Made by a program: the position numbers and the translations under genes. From Candidatus Heimdallarchaeota archaeon (GTDB lineage Archaea; Asgardarchaeota; Heimdallarchaeia; Hodarchaeales; Hodarchaeaceae), in the NCBI GenBank assembly GCA_020353515.1, contig CP070695.1:409173-473172 (forward strand): DNA of 64,000 nucleotides, in the 5' to 3' direction. The stretch's first letter is position 1. The number at the start of each line of letters is the position of its first letter. The notes under the pieces are model-generated. The model did no database searches. It saw only the letters and a program-made list of their open reading frames with translations, and was not told where the DNA came from. Positions 61,687 through 64,000 of the stretch are shown here, one piece after another.

Positions 61687-62274
61687 CTAAATGATTCTAA
61701 TCATATCACACTTTGTAATAGTAACATTTCTTCTCGTCCCTGGAGCATTTACTAGATGCCAGACAGTATATTGTTCTGCATAGGGCTCAGTCGCAGATAT
61801 TCCGTCGATAGGTACAATTATTTTTAACTGTCTCTGTGCTGCACCTGTAGCTGTATGTAGTACTGCTCCATGTGCCGAGGTTCCAACGATAATAACCTTA
61901 GAAATCCCATTTGTTGTCAAGATATTTTCTAGGTCTGTCTTGTAAAACTTATCCACTCCTGATTTTACAATTGGTTCATTTCCTAGAGGTTTAACCTCAT
62001 CTCGAATATCTTCAAGAGGAGAGGACCTTATCAAAGCATATACAACAAAAAGGTTCTTTTCTCTTACTTTTGAAAGCAATTTTTGTACCTTTAGTAAACT
62101 CGCTACACATCTAGGTCTTCTTTCTTGATTACAGTTCATGTACTGAAAATCCAAAACGATTAAAGCGGTTGATGTCGACTTAACTGACACTTCCTCAAGT
62201 TCAGGAGGTGTTGGAGGCAGAATTTCCTCCCATTCTTCGAGTATTGTTTGATTATGTACCATATGCATCCCCAA
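61687..62274 (-). CDS. Isochorismatase/cysteine hydrolase-fold protein (catalytic Cys absent)
   Basis: TALIVLDFQ, VKSGVDKFYKTDLE, VGTSAHGAVLHTA. Confidence 0.8.
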   Translation of the reverse strand: MGMHMVHNQTILEEWEEILPPTPPELEEVSVKSTSTALIVLDFQYMNCNQERRPRCVASLLKVQKLLSKVREKNLFVVYALIRSSPLEDIRDEVKPLGNEPIVKSGVDKFYKTDLENILTTNGISKVIIVGTSAHGAVLHTATGAAQRQLKIIVPIDGISATEPYAEQYTVWHLVNAPGTRRNVTITKCDMIRII

Positions 62275-62348
62275 TCAGATCTTTTTAAATAGGTTAAGCA
62301 GATTGAAAAATAAGTATCAAAATCTTTACTTTCTTATTTTCATGTCTT

Positions 62349-63326
62349 ATGGTGTGCATTATGAGTGATGATGCGTACGTCAGGGATTTCAAGTTTCGTC
62401 CATTCGAAGGCACTTATCGAGGGAGAATCTGGCGTATATGGACAGTTGCATGGTTCAACATGACCCATCAATGGCATCGTTCACGAGTTTTCAAGATACT
62501 CATCATTTTCACTATATTTATCTTAATCCTTCCCAATATGTTTCTTTTTTCTGGAATAGAAGAGTTATTGAAGATAAAAACTGCAAATGAAATAGTAGAG
62601 GATCATTTATGGGACACGGTTCGTGATTTCGCCCGTTTCCAAGTGATGATCACCTCAATTGATGAAACAGATCCAATTTTTGACACTGGGTACTCAATTA
62701 TTATGTTAATTGGTGTCGTCATGATGGGGGCAGGCCTAATCTCAGATGATCTAAAGTATAAAGTGTCAGAGATTTATGACTCTAAAATAGATAGATATGA
62801 ATATTTATTAGGAAAATACGGCTCCCTCCTTATATTTGGTAACCTATTCTATACTTTTCCATGTGTTTTGGAATGGATCTTATTAATTGTAGGAATTGGG
62901 GGTAGTGTTGACCTTCTGGCAGCTCTCCCAGTCTTGTGTGGGGTGATATTGTTTACTGAAATCTTAACTTTGGTTCTTTCAAGTATCATTCTTGTTTTTT
63001 CAAGTTTAACACAAAGACGATTATATGCTGGGCTTTTTGCATTCATGTTTTTCCTATCGAGTACAATTGTTGTACAATCCCTCACTGGACAAACAGAAGC
63101 TTTTCACCCAATTATGTATCTAGATTTCTTCACTGTCCTCTCTGTTTTCTCTTACATATTAGCGGGTGAAATAAGTGTCCTATATTATGCTAATGCACCC
63201 GAAGGTATCATTTTTGATCTCACGGGACTAGCTGGAACCCTAGTGATCCCAACAATTTTATTATTTATCGTAGGAGGACTCTTGATATCTAGTTATCGAG
63301 TAATTTGGCGAAATTCTCATATATAA
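62349..63326 (+). CDS. ABC-2-type permease-like membrane protein (no adjacent ATPase)
   Basis: GAGLISDDLKYKVSEIYDSKIDRYEYLLGK; paralog of 9911..10900. Confidence 0.75.
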   Translation: MVCIMSDDAYVRDFKFRPFEGTYRGRIWRIWTVAWFNMTHQWHRSRVFKILIIFTIFILILPNMFLFSGIEELLKIKTANEIVEDHLWDTVRDFARFQVMITSIDETDPIFDTGYSIIMLIGVVMMGAGLISDDLKYKVSEIYDSKIDRYEYLLGKYGSLLIFGNLFYTFPCVLEWILLIVGIGGSVDLLAALPVLCGVILFTEILTLVLSSIILVFSSLTQRRLYAGLFAFMFFLSSTIVVQSLTGQTEAFHPIMYLDFFTVLSVFSYILAGEISVLYYANAPEGIIFDLTGLAGTLVIPTILLFIVGGLLISSYRVIWRNSHI

Positions 63327-63540
63327 AAAATCTACTAGAGCTCCCACAACTATTCTATTACACCTGGTTTCGAATATTTACCTTTGATGAAGAGATTAAA
63401 GTGCCTTATAACATTCTCATACTCCAGCTAGATCTAAAAATTGCCTCATTTTTGGCTTTGTTTTTACAATATTGGGATTTAGTTTTGTTATTATCAAATT
63501 TATAGATTAATTTTGTCTGATTTTCCCTCGTAATGAATTT

Positions 63541-63978
63541 TTAGCCCTTTCTCTCTTCAGAATACCTTTGAATATTTCTCTTCAAAGAAGCATCATCTAT
63601 TAATTTCAACGCTTCCTCAGGAAAAACCCAACGATAATCATCATGTTCTGATGAGAGAGTTATTTCATCAGATGTGGTTTTACACCAGTAAGTAATTACA
63701 ATCATTTCATTATATGCAATCTTGGCTCCTCGGAAGTAATGTGAGACATCTATTGGCTTAATAATAGTTAAATCTGTTATGCCTGTTTCCTCTTTTACCT
63801 CCCTGTTTAATGTTTCCTCTGGGGTTTCAAACTGGCACATACGTCCTCCAACATCGTCCCACTGGTCACCAGCAAAATCCATTGATGGATTTCTATGGAG
63901 AAGAAGGATCTTTCCAGATCTAGAATTTTCAATAATAGCCCCAATTCCAATCATAAACTTTCCTTCTTGATTAGACAT
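63541..63978 (-). CDS. NUDIX hydrolase
   Basis: Nudix box GGRMCQFETPEETLNREVKEETGI; LSSEHDDYRW. Confidence 0.92.
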   Translation of the reverse strand: MSNQEGKFMIGIGAIIENSRSGKILLLHRNPSMDFAGDQWDDVGGRMCQFETPEETLNREVKEETGITDLTIIKPIDVSHYFRGAKIAYNEMIVITYWCKTTSDEITLSSEHDDYRWVFPEEALKLIDDASLKRNIQRYSEERKG

Positions 63979-64000
63979 TATTAATCACTTTTTTCGACAA

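Noticed and set aside
2028-63970. Many short ORFs in the track lying antisense to or inside long genes (e.g. 4094..4678, 10224..10595, 26230..26604, 56966..57346)
   Set aside because: Shadow frames of well-supported genes, with no motifs or RBS.

Overview
AT-rich, gene-dense prokaryotic DNA with archaeal signals: GGTGA/GGAG ribosome-binding sites, TTTA(T/A)A boxes and pyrimidine-tract terminators. The gene families (NosD-like and beta-propeller surface proteins with C-terminal anchors, expanded 40-aa TPR proteins, an archaeosortase-family protein) suggest an Asgard archaeon, probably Heimdallarchaeia/Hodarchaeales. That placement is an inference, as no marker gene is present. The window is an accessory region of about 60 CDS for transport, cell envelope and peripheral metabolism. 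I found no rRNA, tRNA, CRISPR array or transposase. Main observations: (1) A twice-repeated module of an HTH regulator with a H-x-C-x3-C-x3-C motif plus bPH_2 membrane proteins, each beside an ABC exporter operon and with visible operator repeats; it is a candidate envelope-stress regulon. (2) An unannotated family of 33-35-aa single-pass micropeptides that the ORF track misses or mis-calls. (3) A transmembrane one-component wHTH regulator between two surface-protein genes that share a 48-bp upstream element (45/48 identical). (4) An archaeosortase-family protein with candidate substrates, one losing its PGF-CTERM anchor through a 1-nt homopolymer frameshift. (5) An orphan B12-binding enzyme translationally coupled to a P5C-reductase-like gene. 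(6) A probable CTG start codon. All family assignments are by motif recognition, not database search.
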